A stretch of 34,992 nt of DNA from a virus (Duplodnaviria; Heunggongvirae; Uroviricota; Caudoviricetes), in IMG/VR virus record IMGVR_UViG_2663763256_000001; one strand, written 5' to 3'. The first letter of the stretch is position 1, and every line of letters begins with the position of its first letter. The position numbers and the translations under genes were made by a program. Shown here in pieces: positions 19,680-28,622 of this stretch. The notes beneath the pieces were generated by a model. That model was not told the origin of the DNA. It ran no database searches and was given only the letters and a program-made list of their open reading frames with translations.

Positions 19680-19756
19680 TGGCGCGCTGTACTGGATTCG
19701 AACCAGTGACCGATTGCTTAGAAGGCAATTGCTCTGTCCGGCTGAGCTAACAACGC
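19680..19756 (-). tRNA. tRNA-Arg (anticodon UCU)
   Basis: The - strand reads GCGTTGT-TA-GCTC..GAGC-A-ATTGC-CTTCTAA-GCAAT-..-ACTGG-TTCGAAT-CCAGT-ACAGCGC-G-CCA. Cloverleaf with 7-bp acceptor stem, GTTCGAATC T-loop and encoded CCA. Confidence 0.85.
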
Positions 19757-19786
19757 TGAATACCGATAATGGACCGCCATCGGGGA

Positions 19787-19799
19787 CCCCCCCCCCCCC
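19787..19799. repeat. 13-nt homopolymeric C tract (G13 on the - strand)
   Basis: GGGGA followed by 13 C, in the spacer between the two tRNA genes. Confidence 0.9.
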
Positions 19800-19860
19800 G
19801 CACCAACAACCCTGTTATCGTGTCGTCTGCTCTTCCTGATAAGCTCATGGCGGTTTGTGA

Positions 19861-19936
19861 TGGTGGCCCTTGCTGGATTTGAACCAGCGACCTGGCGATT
19901 ATGAGTCGCTCGCTCTCACCACTGAGCTAAAGGACC
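19861..19936 (-). tRNA. tRNA with CAU anticodon (Ile2-lysidine type or Met; ileZ-like position)
   Basis: The - strand reads GGTCCTT-TA-GCTCAGTGGTGAGAGC-G-AGCGA-CTCATAA-TCGCC-AGGTC-GCTGG-TTCAAAT-CCAGC-AAGGGCC-A-CCA. Good cloverleaf. Confidence 0.8.
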
Positions 19937-19971
19937 GGGAGCAGAATAATAACGGTCCGTAATTAATTCCG

Positions 19972-19999
19972 CAATAAAAAACCCGCTCGGTGGCGGGTT
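19972..19999 (-). terminator. tR'-like intrinsic terminator downstream of the Q gene
   Basis: On the - strand: AACCCGC-CACCGA-GCGGGT followed by TTTTTATT, about 80 nt downstream of the Q stop. Confidence 0.65.
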
Positions 20000-20004
20000 G
20001 TAGA

Positions 20005-20075
20005 AACTCTTCTAACGTCAGGTATAAAAAGCCCATCGTTATGACGAATTTACCACAGATTCGGGAAAAATCAAC
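20005..20075 (-). promoter_or_regulatory. candidate late promoter pR' and Q-utilization region
   Basis: On the - strand between the Q stop and the terminator: TTGATT, a 16-17 nt spacer, then TAAATT. Position as in lambda and phage 82. Confidence 0.35.
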
Positions 20076-20079
20076 AACA

Positions 20080-20901
20080 CTATCGCGTTACCCTCTTTAA
20101 CTGCCGCTCCGCCCATGCCTCTTCAATGTCAAACCGAACCACCAACGTATCGTAAAAGCGTTTCACTGATTTTTTCCACGTATCAAGCGTGATAGCACTC
20201 GTCACTTTGCATATGGCATTAAATGCCTCCGTTGATGGCAGCCTTTCACAGCCACGACCACCACAACGCTGGCAATCTCTGATAACAGGCATACCACGTT
20301 TTACCGACTCTTCACGATGAATGGCGACACCACGCCCACGGCAATCCTTACAGGCGGTGGAAACCTCACCCTTTCCGCCACACTCCGGACAGGCAACTTT
20401 TACCACCTCCCTGACTTTTTTCCATTCTTCCCAGTAAGACGGATACACACCTTTCGTACACTTTGCCCATACCGGCGGCTTACCATCCGGATACTGGACC
20501 TTGTTTGTAAAAACTACGCTTTCAATAAATTTTTCCCCATAGCAACAAGGGCACTGCTTTTTACTCGCTGCGCTGCGGGCATAATCCTCAAAAGCGTACG
20601 AAGCCATAATGCGCATCACTAACGGTTTTATTTCTGCCGGAAGTTTTCTCAACGCCGCCACACGATCGCACCGACTGAGTGCATAATCTGCCAGTAATTC
20701 TGTTGCCCGCGCCCTGTCATTCATACTGATGCCCATCTTCCCCAGGAACGCAGAAAACCCCATCTCAGCCCGATTCTGTGTCATGCCCTGCGCGGCCATC
20801 ACATCAGTGATACTCAGCGCATCTTTTGACGTTGAGGCCGATGCATCGGTCAGGCAAGGGGATTTTGGGGAGTAGTATTTCGGTAAATCTTCCAGTTTCA
20901 T
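20080..20901 (-). CDS. late antiterminator Q (phage 82/QuuQ-type)
   Basis: 273 aa with paired CxxC zinc-binding motifs (CPCCYG; CPECGG; CKDCRG; CQRCGG). Directly upstream of the pR'/tR' and tRNA block, downstream of rusA. Confidence 0.7.
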   Translation of the reverse strand: MKLEDLPKYYSPKSPCLTDASASTSKDALSITDVMAAQGMTQNRAEMGFSAFLGKMGISMNDRARATELLADYALSRCDRVAALRKLPAEIKPLVMRIMASYAFEDYARSAASKKQCPCCYGEKFIESVVFTNKVQYPDGKPPVWAKCTKGVYPSYWEEWKKVREVVKVACPECGGKGEVSTACKDCRGRGVAIHREESVKRGMPVIRDCQRCGGRGCERLPSTEAFNAICKVTSAITLDTWKKSVKRFYDTLVVRFDIEEAWAERQLKRVTR

Positions 20902-21272
20902 TTTTTGACCTGCTCTTCATGCATTATGGGGTAAATCTTCACCCCCAGACGTCCACCAGATACTGGCTGACCACGAACGATATTGATTTCATCAAACTGC
21001 TCATCGTCCATTAACACTCCCGCATGCGTCAGCGCATCCAGCGGTGCTTTCAGGATATTGTCCAGGTCGCGACGACGCTTATCCGGTGGCTCTGCAATCA
21101 CCTTTATCGCCAGCCTTCCGGACAGGCTTAATTTCAGCCGCTGCTGGCGAACAATAAGCGCCACAGCACGGCGATAACGCTTTCCCTCCTCCGAGATAAA
21201 ATATGTGCTGCCACGGCGTCGCCAGTAAGTGTTCACCGTCGGCGGGTAAGGTAAAACCAAATCTATGAGCAT
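20898..21272 (-). CDS. rusA: Holliday junction resolvase RusA
   Basis: 124 aa with PPDKRRRDLDNILKAPLDALTHAGVLMDD, matching the recalled RusA core PDRRRRDLDNLQKAAFDAL. Stop overlaps the Q start. Confidence 0.85.
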   Translation of the reverse strand: MLIDLVLPYPPTVNTYWRRRGSTYFISEEGKRYRRAVALIVRQQRLKLSLSGRLAIKVIAEPPDKRRRDLDNILKAPLDALTHAGVLMDDEQFDEINIVRGQPVSGGRLGVKIYPIMHEEQVKK

Positions 21273-21284
21273 CAGTCACCTCTT

Positions 21285-22334
21285 TTACCCAAGCACGCCA
21301 GTTGCAAAGGCGTGATCAAGAAAACGAAAAATTAAATCAACCTGAGAACCATGCTTTTCTTCGAACGCCAGCGGATCCGCATGAAGCTCGTTGTGATGCT
21401 CCCGACACAGCGGTAGCGTGAAAATATCGTGAGATTTTGTCCCCATTCCGCCCTGACCATGACCAATCAGGTGATGGGGATCGTCGGCTGGCTTACCACA
21501 ACACGCACACGGCTGTGTCTTCACCCAGCGTGTGTATTTCTCGTTAACCCAGCGGCGACGTTTAGGTCGTTTCATGAAAGATTCCGGAGACTCAGGATCA
21601 ACGGCAATGCTGACCACCGTCTTTTCCTGTGGTGGGTTCTGTTGCTGGTGGGCGTGAGGCAGCGGCGCAAGATTTTTTGTGCGCTGTTTCAGTATGCTGG
21701 TGGCGGTCTGCTCTCCCGGTACGATGTCGCTTTCACGGTACATTGAGCGGATTTTTTCCGCACGCAACCCCAGCGAACGACGTAATACCGCTTCCGGTAG
21801 CGCGTCCGCCACCTGATTGCGGACCGCCCACCAGGATAATTCAGCCAGAGATAATTCACGCTCCTGCGTACCGCTTATTGCGTGACCGATGACGTCAATC
21901 ATCCATGCTGACAGGTTTTGATGAGCAAGTTGCTCGAGTGATTCGGATGTCTGGTCACGCAGCTGGTTGTCGCAGTGCCAGCACAACACCATTGCGCCGG
22001 TACCATAACGGTGAATGACGGTTTCGCTGTGATGATAATCGCCGTGTGGCCACTGGCAGGATTTAATATGGCGCAACAGCCAGTCAGACAATGCACCAGC
22101 ACCACCAGCAGCACGAATCACCCGTGCGTTACTGAAAAACGGCAGCAATGTTTTGTCTTCCACCAGCGGCTGGCGAGCGGCAGGAACGACCCCGGACGGC
22201 AGATTACGCATGCTTTTCGGTTCCGGCTCCACCAGTAACCGGGTATTGTGGAATACCGGCATGGATTCACGGCCCGGCTTAACGATCACCAGCCCGAGTT
22301 CCGGTACCAGAACAGGTCGAAGTAATACCCGCAC
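21285..22334 (-). CDS. DUF968 family protein (YdfU-like; Ref/HNH-like motif at C-terminus)
   Basis: 349 aa. C-terminal CACCGKPADDPHHLIGHGQGGMGTKSHD...CREHHNELH resembles HNH/Ref-type metal-binding motifs. nin-region position upstream of rusA. Confidence 0.6.
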   Translation of the reverse strand: MRVLLRPVLVPELGLVIVKPGRESMPVFHNTRLLVEPEPKSMRNLPSGVVPAARQPLVEDKTLLPFFSNARVIRAAGGAGALSDWLLRHIKSCQWPHGDYHHSETVIHRYGTGAMVLCWHCDNQLRDQTSESLEQLAHQNLSAWMIDVIGHAISGTQERELSLAELSWWAVRNQVADALPEAVLRRSLGLRAEKIRSMYRESDIVPGEQTATSILKQRTKNLAPLPHAHQQQNPPQEKTVVSIAVDPESPESFMKRPKRRRWVNEKYTRWVKTQPCACCGKPADDPHHLIGHGQGGMGTKSHDIFTLPLCREHHNELHADPLAFEEKHGSQVDLIFRFLDHAFATGVLG

Positions 22335-22335
22335 G

Positions 22336-22614
22336 TTACCTCCAGATGCGTTGCTGGAATGTGTGGGACGGACGCGGCGGGCGTTCGGAGTAAGGCAATC
22401 TGACTGAGATTATCCAGTGACGGTAGTCGAGGCTAAGGGCTTTTTTAACCTCGTATCCGCGCCTGCGGTAACACTGAATTATCCATTCAGCCTGCTCTTC
22501 AGTGCATGGTGGATGCTGGAACCAGTCCGATTTGAATGCATGAAAACGCCGTCCGCACCTGCTGGCAAAGACGGCAGAATCATCAGAATTGTGTAATTTG
22601 GTATCGTGCGCCAT
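22336..22614 (-). CDS. hypothetical nin-region protein
   Basis: ORF starting MAHDTKLHNSDDSAV. Stop abuts the DUF968 start. The track ORF extends to 22725 without support. Confidence 0.4.
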   Translation of the reverse strand: MAHDTKLHNSDDSAVFASRCGRRFHAFKSDWFQHPPCTEEQAEWIIQCYRRRGYEVKKALSLDYRHWIISVRLPYSERPPRPSHTFQQRIWR

Positions 22615-22879
22615 CGGTTGTCTCTGCTGGCGCAGCAGGTGCCAGTTGTTCAGGCTGGCGTATAAAGTATAAATAAACTGGTTCCAGTGTAAAGCCCCTA
22701 CATTAATGGAATAAAAGTCAAACAACAGATTGTTGGGATAAACACAACACTTATTATTAAAAGCGATTAGATAAATTAAATTTTAATGTTATGCAATTTT
22801 ACCAGATCACCATAACATCTCGTTTGAAACCACCGAAACAACAACCATATCAATATTGATTATGTTAAAGTGAGTAAAT

Positions 22880-22966
22880 ATGGAAAACAACAAATCTGCA
22901 CATTACGCTCCTTTTTTATCTGTGATACTTTTTGTTTTATGCTGTGTGTGGGCATTATTTTTATAA
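22880..22966 (+). CDS. candidate small hydrophobic peptide (28 aa)
   Basis: ATG...TAA ORF encoding MENNKSAHYAPFLSVILFVLCCVWALFL, a single predicted TM helix. Convergent with hok. Weak RBS. Confidence 0.25.
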   Translation: MENNKSAHYAPFLSVILFVLCCVWALFL

Positions 22967-22980
22967 AAATATTTACAGAT

Positions 22981-23002
22981 AAAATAAACCCGCCGAAGCG
23001 GG
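22981..23002 (-). terminator. intrinsic terminator of the hok transcript
   Basis: On the - strand: CCCGC-TTCG-GCGGG followed by TTTATTTT. Confidence 0.6.
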
Positions 23003-23072
23003 TTAAGTGCGGGTGCATTGAGGATGCCTGACACATCAGAGGTGGCGAGGGATTTCTCCCTCGCCAAGTCTC

Positions 23073-23228
23073 TTACTCCTCAGGTTCGTAGACTGTGAAG
23101 ACAGCGACCTCCGTCTGGCCGGTTCGGATTCGTACCTCGCAGAGGTCTTTCCTCGTTACCAGTGCCGTCACTATGACGGTTAAACAGATGACGATCAGGG
23201 CGATTAACATCGCCTTTTGCTGCTTCAT
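23073..23228 (-). CDS. hokD: Hok-family type I toxin
   Basis: Hand translation gives MKQQKAMLIALIVICLTVIVTALVTRKDLCEVRIRTGQTEVAVFTVYEPEE (51 aa), an almost exact match to recalled Hok/HokD. AAGGAGAAG RBS. Below the 60-aa cutoff of the ORF track. Confidence 0.85.
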   Translation of the reverse strand: MKQQKAMLIALIVICLTVIVTALVTRKDLCEVRIRTGQTEVAVFTVYEPEE

Positions 23229-23485
23229 AGCCTGCTTCTCCTTGACCTTTCGGTCCGTAAGAGGCTAATCTCTATGTGTCGCATAGATATGGCCTCAGAT
23301 TAATGTTAAACGTCTTGCAGGACGCGTAATGTTACCTGGGGCTTTTCTCTATCTGCCGTTGGTGTTCATGCCCGAGGCAGATAGCCTCAAGCACCCGCAG
23401 TCATTCTACTTAACTAAGATTTCCCCGCAAACCGTTTTTGTCCAGCACAATAAATATCCAACTAAACCAATGGAGTTCGCTGTAT

Positions 23486-23665
23486 TTACCGCCAGTATTC
23501 AATGCACATGACCGCCATGAACACCCCTAAAAAAAGGGCATTTATATATCCAAATATTAATATCAAAACATCAACTTTTTCCATATACCTTGCTGTGAAG
23601 ATGATGGGCATACATGATACGAACAACCAGAACGCAACAAACAAAAACTGCAATGCGTTTTTCAT
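23486..23665 (-). CDS. small two-helix membrane protein, function unknown
   Basis: 59 aa (MKNALQFLFVAFWLFVSCMPIIF...LILIFGYINALFLGVFMAV) with strong AGGAGG Shine-Dalgarno 5 nt upstream. AT-rich. Confidence 0.55.
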   Translation of the reverse strand: MKNALQFLFVAFWLFVSCMPIIFTARYMEKVDVLILIFGYINALFLGVFMAVMCIEYWR

Positions 23666-24096
23666 TATTCCTCCTACAATCAATGTGCAATTACATTTAA
23701 ACACACCTCAATTTGGCCGGACATATAAATATCTAAACTAGAAAAAATCACTTACATAGCGTTACAAACTCTTTAGTCTAAAGGTTCATCGTAAAACACT
23801 CCCCATACTTATCAGTCCGTTCCGCGCCAGGTAGCTTATTGCCTTATCTGGCAACCTATAATCAGGTTTCCGCTTTTTCAGTTGGCTGGTCGTTTAACCG
23901 ACATAGTTAACCCATTAATCTAGTTGCCGGATGTTGGTGGATTTTCGCGTTTTAGTTGTTCATAAAAGTGCACAGCTTTAACCAGTTCTTCTGATGTAAC
24001 CAGGGCTGGTGAGGCAGTGAATAAGGCCTGAATTTGATAGTTCGGCCTGTCGTTACAATCCTCTTTTTTCGGTACATATTTCCAGTCAACAGACCA

Positions 24097-24207
24097 CTAC
24101 TTCTCCTGAAAGTCCGTAACGCCTTTTTTCACGTAGCGATATCGCCATGCCACTGGTTTTGCTTGCTCCGCCGTTTCATACCCTTCCTGATAATTAATCT
24201 CGCTCAT
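24097..24207 (-). CDS. small protein (36 aa), coupled to the upstream gene
   Basis: ATG overlaps the upstream stop (ATGA). MSEINYQEGYETAEQAKPVAWRYRYVKKGVTDFQEK. Not in the ORF track. Confidence 0.35.
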   Translation of the reverse strand: MSEINYQEGYETAEQAKPVAWRYRYVKKGVTDFQEK

Positions 24208-24380
24208 TCATCGCCCCACTCATCACAATATGCTTCGACCGGATTTTTTCCTGCTTCATAATCATCACGCCATGCTTCAGCATCAGCAGCACTGCCACCA
24301 CGTAACTCTGCATAGTCCATTAACAGTTCATGCCATTTTTCAAAACTGACGTTGTATTTAGTTGAACCAAAATCAGCCAT
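24204..24380 (-). CDS. small acidic protein (58 aa)
   Basis: MADFGSTKYNVSFEKWHELLMDYAELRGGSAADAEAWRDDYEAGKNPVEAYCDEWGDE. Start lies 2 nt after the upstream stop. Not in the ORF track. Confidence 0.45.
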   Translation of the reverse strand: MADFGSTKYNVSFEKWHELLMDYAELRGGSAADAEAWRDDYEAGKNPVEAYCDEWGDE

Positions 24381-24555
24381 TTTGCTCTTCCTCTTCGTCT
24401 TTTATTTCGTGATATGAGTAATTGCAGTAGTTAAAGAAAATATCTTTTGCTTCGTCATGTATTTCATCAGGCGTCGCATCAGCATCCACTTCGAATTCAT
24501 CCTCGAAATCTCCACCAGCCATTCCCGTTTCAATAATTATTTTGAACTTTCGCAT
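24373..24555 (-). CDS. small highly acidic protein (60 aa)
   Basis: Track ORF ...GGDFEDEFEVDADATPDEIHDEAKD...EIKDEEEEQNG. First gene of a three-gene coupled cluster. Confidence 0.45.
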   Translation of the reverse strand: MRKFKIIIETGMAGGDFEDEFEVDADATPDEIHDEAKDIFFNYCNYSYHEIKDEEEEQNG

Positions 24556-24648
24556 TTCACTACCGCCCTTTCGGGTGGCCTCCTGCTGTTCTGAGGGTGC
24601 AGAAATCCCTCCGGTTAAGGATTAAATTTTTAACAGTGCTAAATTTAA

Positions 24649-24981
24649 TTATTCAGTTTTGGATTTTGTCACCCTGCGTATCCACGCTTTCCCGTTACGC
24701 TCAATCTGAATTAGCTTTTCTATATTTTTTCGCCTTTCCCGTTCCTCCTGGCGCAAGAGCCTTACATCATCTGCCAGTCTGGTTTCTCTTTTCGCCACAG
24801 AGAGCATCCAGTCAAATGGCTCCACAACTGCACCGCAGATTTTACAGCGGACCTGACGCTCTTTTTCGTCAACCCGGACAGAAGCGTGATGGCAATATGG
24901 TCTTTCCGATGGCTCATAAAGAAAATTAACCTGATTACGAGGGTCATCCTCTTTTATCGGAAATAAAACGATATTGCTTAA
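24649..24981 (-). pseudogene. 3' fragment of a nin-region gene disrupted by IS5; its 5' remnant with RBS and ATG is at 26181-26204
   Basis: The reading frame continues unbroken into the IS5 left end. After removing IS5 and one TTAA copy, the gene reads AAAGGAGAGGAGC-ATG GAA ATA AAA CCA GAG GAT TAG TTA AGC AAT ATC... = MEIKPED-amber-LSNIVLFPIKEDD... Contains C-x-H...C-x-x-C motifs. Confidence 0.6.
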
Positions 24982-26176
<1,195 letters not shown>

Positions 26177-26261
26177 TTAACTAATCCTCTGGTTTTATTT
26201 CCATGCTCCTCTCCTTTGATGCGAATGCCAGCGGCAATTGAAGCCTGATAGCTAATTTCAC

Positions 26262-26684
26262 TCACAGTACCGCCTCCTGAAAATTACCCTGATAGAAAGC
26301 CAGTACACGCTGCATAGCTTCGCTCTTCCGGCACTCGCGACAGATTATATTCAGGCGCCTGTCGTAGCGGCGTATTTCTCCGTCTGGTAATGACCAGATT
26401 AGGTCCGGATCAACCGCAGATGGTTTCTTCGGCTTTGCCCTTGAGAGCTTTTTACGGGCATTTTGCCAGTCCTTACGCGCCTGTTCAGACGGGAATAACC
26501 CGTAACCAGAGTTGTATACATCGCCACTGGCAACCAGCTCTCTGGCCAGAACGCTCATCAGATATCTTGTTGCCCCAGTTTTAGTTTCCAGTTGTCGTAA
26601 CGTCTCGCGCCCACTTTGGCGTACGAGTTCAACAACCTGCCCTTTAATTTTTTCCCGCTCTTCTTGTGTAAAAACTTTTGCCAC
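26262..26684 (-). CDS. hypothetical protein downstream of the replication initiator
   Basis: 140-aa ORF in the position of a second replication gene. Not recognizably lambda P-like or DnaC-like. Confidence 0.45.
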   Translation of the reverse strand: MAKVFTQEEREKIKGQVVELVRQSGRETLRQLETKTGATRYLMSVLARELVASGDVYNSGYGLFPSEQARKDWQNARKKLSRAKPKKPSAVDPDLIWSLPDGEIRRYDRRLNIICRECRKSEAMQRVLAFYQGNFQEAVL

Positions 26685-26724
26685 AAGCCCTCCTGAAAAT
26701 TACCTCATGACCAGAAATTAACAC

Positions 26725-27801
26725 TTACCCCCTGAAGCCCGGCGGAATTTCGTTATCCGGTTCAGAAATATGATTCACACAACGCTGGTTGTTCGTGCCG
26801 CTTACCGGGAGCAACCAGGGGTTCTCAAAATTCCGGTCCGGTCCAAAAAACGTCGTCGCTCGCTGAACAAATTCCGTTCCCGTTTTCCCGGTAGCCGCCA
26901 AGTATCTTGCGTAACGCCTCACGCCATCCAGCATGGCCTCTGGTGGCACCCCCTCGCGTAATCTGGCCTTCCAGGCACTGAAAGCGGATTTCTTCGGGTT
27001 TGCTCCGGCACGCAACGGGTACTCCCGCCAGACCTGTTCGAACACATCCGGATAATCCACTCGTCCCACAGACTGCCCGGTGTTTTCCGGGACTACCCGA
27101 TCGGCTTCCCGCTGAATGGCGGAATCGGCTTCGGGCTGCTGCAGTTGGTGTGATTGCTCCGGCCTTGCGGTCATCACCTGCTGCACAGCGCCCGAATCGG
27201 CTTTCAGCGCATACGCTGAATCGGCTTCCGGTGTCGTGCCTGCTGGCTGACCAAGATTGACGGTCTGAACATCCCCTGCCTGGTTCGTGGCGTTTTTTAC
27301 GCCATGGACCATAGTGTTTTGATCTTCTTGATCTGTATCTTTATCTGTATCTTTATCTGTCGTGACTCGTCGTGACATATGCGTGACATTTCGTGACGCG
27401 CCGTGACAATCGCCATTTTGTTCCCGCTTTCTTTCCCTCTCTCGCTGCGCCCTCTTGCGCTCTGCAGGAGATTTTGCGGTTTGCGAAATATTGCCGTTGT
27501 CCTCTTTAAGCACCTGGCGTTTTTCCCATCCAGTGATTAAATCACCATCAAGTACCCGCCCCTGCATCGTCTGCAAAATTGAATCAATTACCTCTTCTGT
27601 CACGTCGAGCGCACTTGCCAAATCTTCTGTCGTGACCTCAATGTGACCTCGCGTGACATTTCGTGACGCGCTCACCAGGAGGTGGATATACACTGCCATC
27701 ACTGTTGCAATTGGCTGCCCTGACACCCTGGCAATTGTTCGCCACTTAGGGTCATTTGGCATGTCATGCCATAATCTGAGCCAGGCGTTAGCCATACTCA
27801 C
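26725..27801 (-). CDS. replication initiator (O-like/YdaU-like) carrying the origin iterons
   Basis: 358 aa. Two CGTGAC iteron clusters lie inside the gene, giving the repetitive peptide DKDTDKDTD. Positioned after the cro-like and YdaT-like genes. Confidence 0.55.
   Translation of the reverse strand: MSMANAWLRLWHDMPNDPKWRTIARVSGQPIATVMAVYIHLLVSASRNVTRGHIEVTTEDLASALDVTEEVIDSILQTMQGRVLDGDLITGWEKRQVLKEDNGNISQTAKSPAERKRAQRERERKREQNGDCHGASRNVTHMSRRVTTDKDTDKDTDQEDQNTMVHGVKNATNQAGDVQTVNLGQPAGTTPEADSAYALKADSGAVQQVMTARPEQSHQLQQPEADSAIQREADRVVPENTGQSVGRVDYPDVFEQVWREYPLRAGANPKKSAFSAWKARLREGVPPEAMLDGVRRYARYLAATGKTGTEFVQRATTFFGPDRNFENPWLLPVSGTNNQRCVNHISEPDNEIPPGFRG
27361..27407. repeat. iteron cluster A: five direct CGTGAC repeats at 10-11 bp phasing
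   Basis: CGTGAC begins at 27361, 27371, 27382, 27392 and 27402. Preceded by alternating ATCTGT/ATCTTT hexamer repeats at 27332-27360. Confidence 0.8.
27631..27667. repeat. iteron cluster B: four (C/T)GTGAC repeats at 10-11 bp phasing
   Basis: Repeats begin at 27631, 27642 (TGTGAC variant), 27652 and 27662, plus an inverted GTCACG at 27599-27604. The 21-mer GCGTGACATTTCGTGACGCGC is shared with cluster A. Confidence 0.75.
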
Positions 27802-27866
27802 CTCTTTTGATACCGAATCTTTTTACTCACAAATTGCCGGAAGCGATCCGGTATGAATATTGCGAG

Positions 27867-28292
27867 TCAATGCACAGCCACAATATTTCCTGCAGGGCCA
27901 CCACGATTCATCTGGTTGAAACCAGCGATCGCCACTGCGACAAAATCATCAGCGTCTCTCACCAGTCGTTCCCGCGTCTCCACTAGTTCCCGAAAATAGG
28001 CTGAGCTATGACTGCGCATTCGGGCCACCAGCAGAGGTGGCATTGCTTTTTCGATAGCTGGTAACAACGCCTGAATTTTTTTAACCGCATCAGGGGTGTC
28101 TTTCTCCACCCAGCGGAAAATTTTCTGAGTATTGCGAGCCAGGGCTTCCGGATGGCTGTCGTCATACAGTTCCGGGAACGTCATTCCCAGCTCGAAATAC
28201 GCTTTGGTAATTTTCGCAGCCGGTACTTTTTCGCCGTCCGGATGCGCCCAGGCATTCATCGCCATGCGGATGTGTTCATGCTTGATTTTCAT
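27867..28292 (-). CDS. YdaT-like protein (cII-position)
   Basis: 141 aa starting MKIKHEHI, matching the recalled YdaT N-terminus of the Rac prophage. Lies between the cro-like gene and the replication initiator. Confidence 0.5.
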   Translation of the reverse strand: MKIKHEHIRMAMNAWAHPDGEKVPAAKITKAYFELGMTFPELYDDSHPEALARNTQKIFRWVEKDTPDAVKKIQALLPAIEKAMPPLLVARMRSHSSAYFRELVETRERLVRDADDFVAVAIAGFNQMNRGGPAGNIVAVH

Positions 28293-28543
28293 GAATCAAC
28301 TCCCATCAGCTTTTTCGTAGTAGTTTTATTCCTGCCAATAGTTAAAATTGCATCGGCAGAAAATAATCCGTTTGATGCAAGAGCGATTTTTTCAGCGTAA
28401 TTTGTTTCGCCGGTATATTCTGTGCGAGGCAATTTTCCGTTATCCATCCATTTATAGATTGCTCTTTGGCTGACACCACAAACGTCGGCCACAACAGCAA
28501 CGCGAACAGTTTTGATTACATCTTCAAGTGTTTTCTGGTTCAT
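28289..28543 (-). CDS. Cro-like HTH regulator
   Basis: 84 aa from MNQKTLEDV with HTH segment (VADVCGVSQRAIYKWMDNGKLP). GAGG RBS. Divergent from the repressor gene. Confidence 0.6.
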   Translation of the reverse strand: MNQKTLEDVIKTVRVAVVADVCGVSQRAIYKWMDNGKLPRTEYTGETNYAEKIALASNGLFSADAILTIGRNKTTTKKLMGVDS

Positions 28544-28622
28544 ATCACCCTCACAATGTGAACTTTGAGTACATGCTATAACAGAACTGACAGTACATTC
28601 AAGAGCGAATATCATTGAACTT
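28544..28622. promoter_or_regulatory. divergent promoter/operator region of the immunity switch
   Basis: 79-bp intergenic region between divergent HTH genes. AGTACAT occurs twice (28567-28573 and 28592-28598). Confidence 0.4.

Noticed and set aside
18830-19680. Shiga toxin stxAB genes downstream of the tRNA block
   Set aside because: No ORFs of suitable size with signal peptides or recognizable A/B-subunit motifs are present.
19757-19860. A third, middle tRNA gene in the inter-tRNA spacer
   Set aside because: No cloverleaf with a T-loop GTTCRANYC motif or acceptor-stem pairing could be built from either strand; only the poly-C tract is notable.
23229-23485. relBE-type toxin-antitoxin genes upstream of hok, as in the K-12 relB-relE-hokD operon
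   Set aside because: No ORFs resembling RelB or RelE are present there; hok appears to stand alone.
27290-27700. CRISPR array suggested by the short direct repeats
   Set aside because: Repeat units are only 6 bp at 10-11 bp spacing inside a coding gene, consistent with origin iterons rather than CRISPR repeats of 28-37 bp with spacers.
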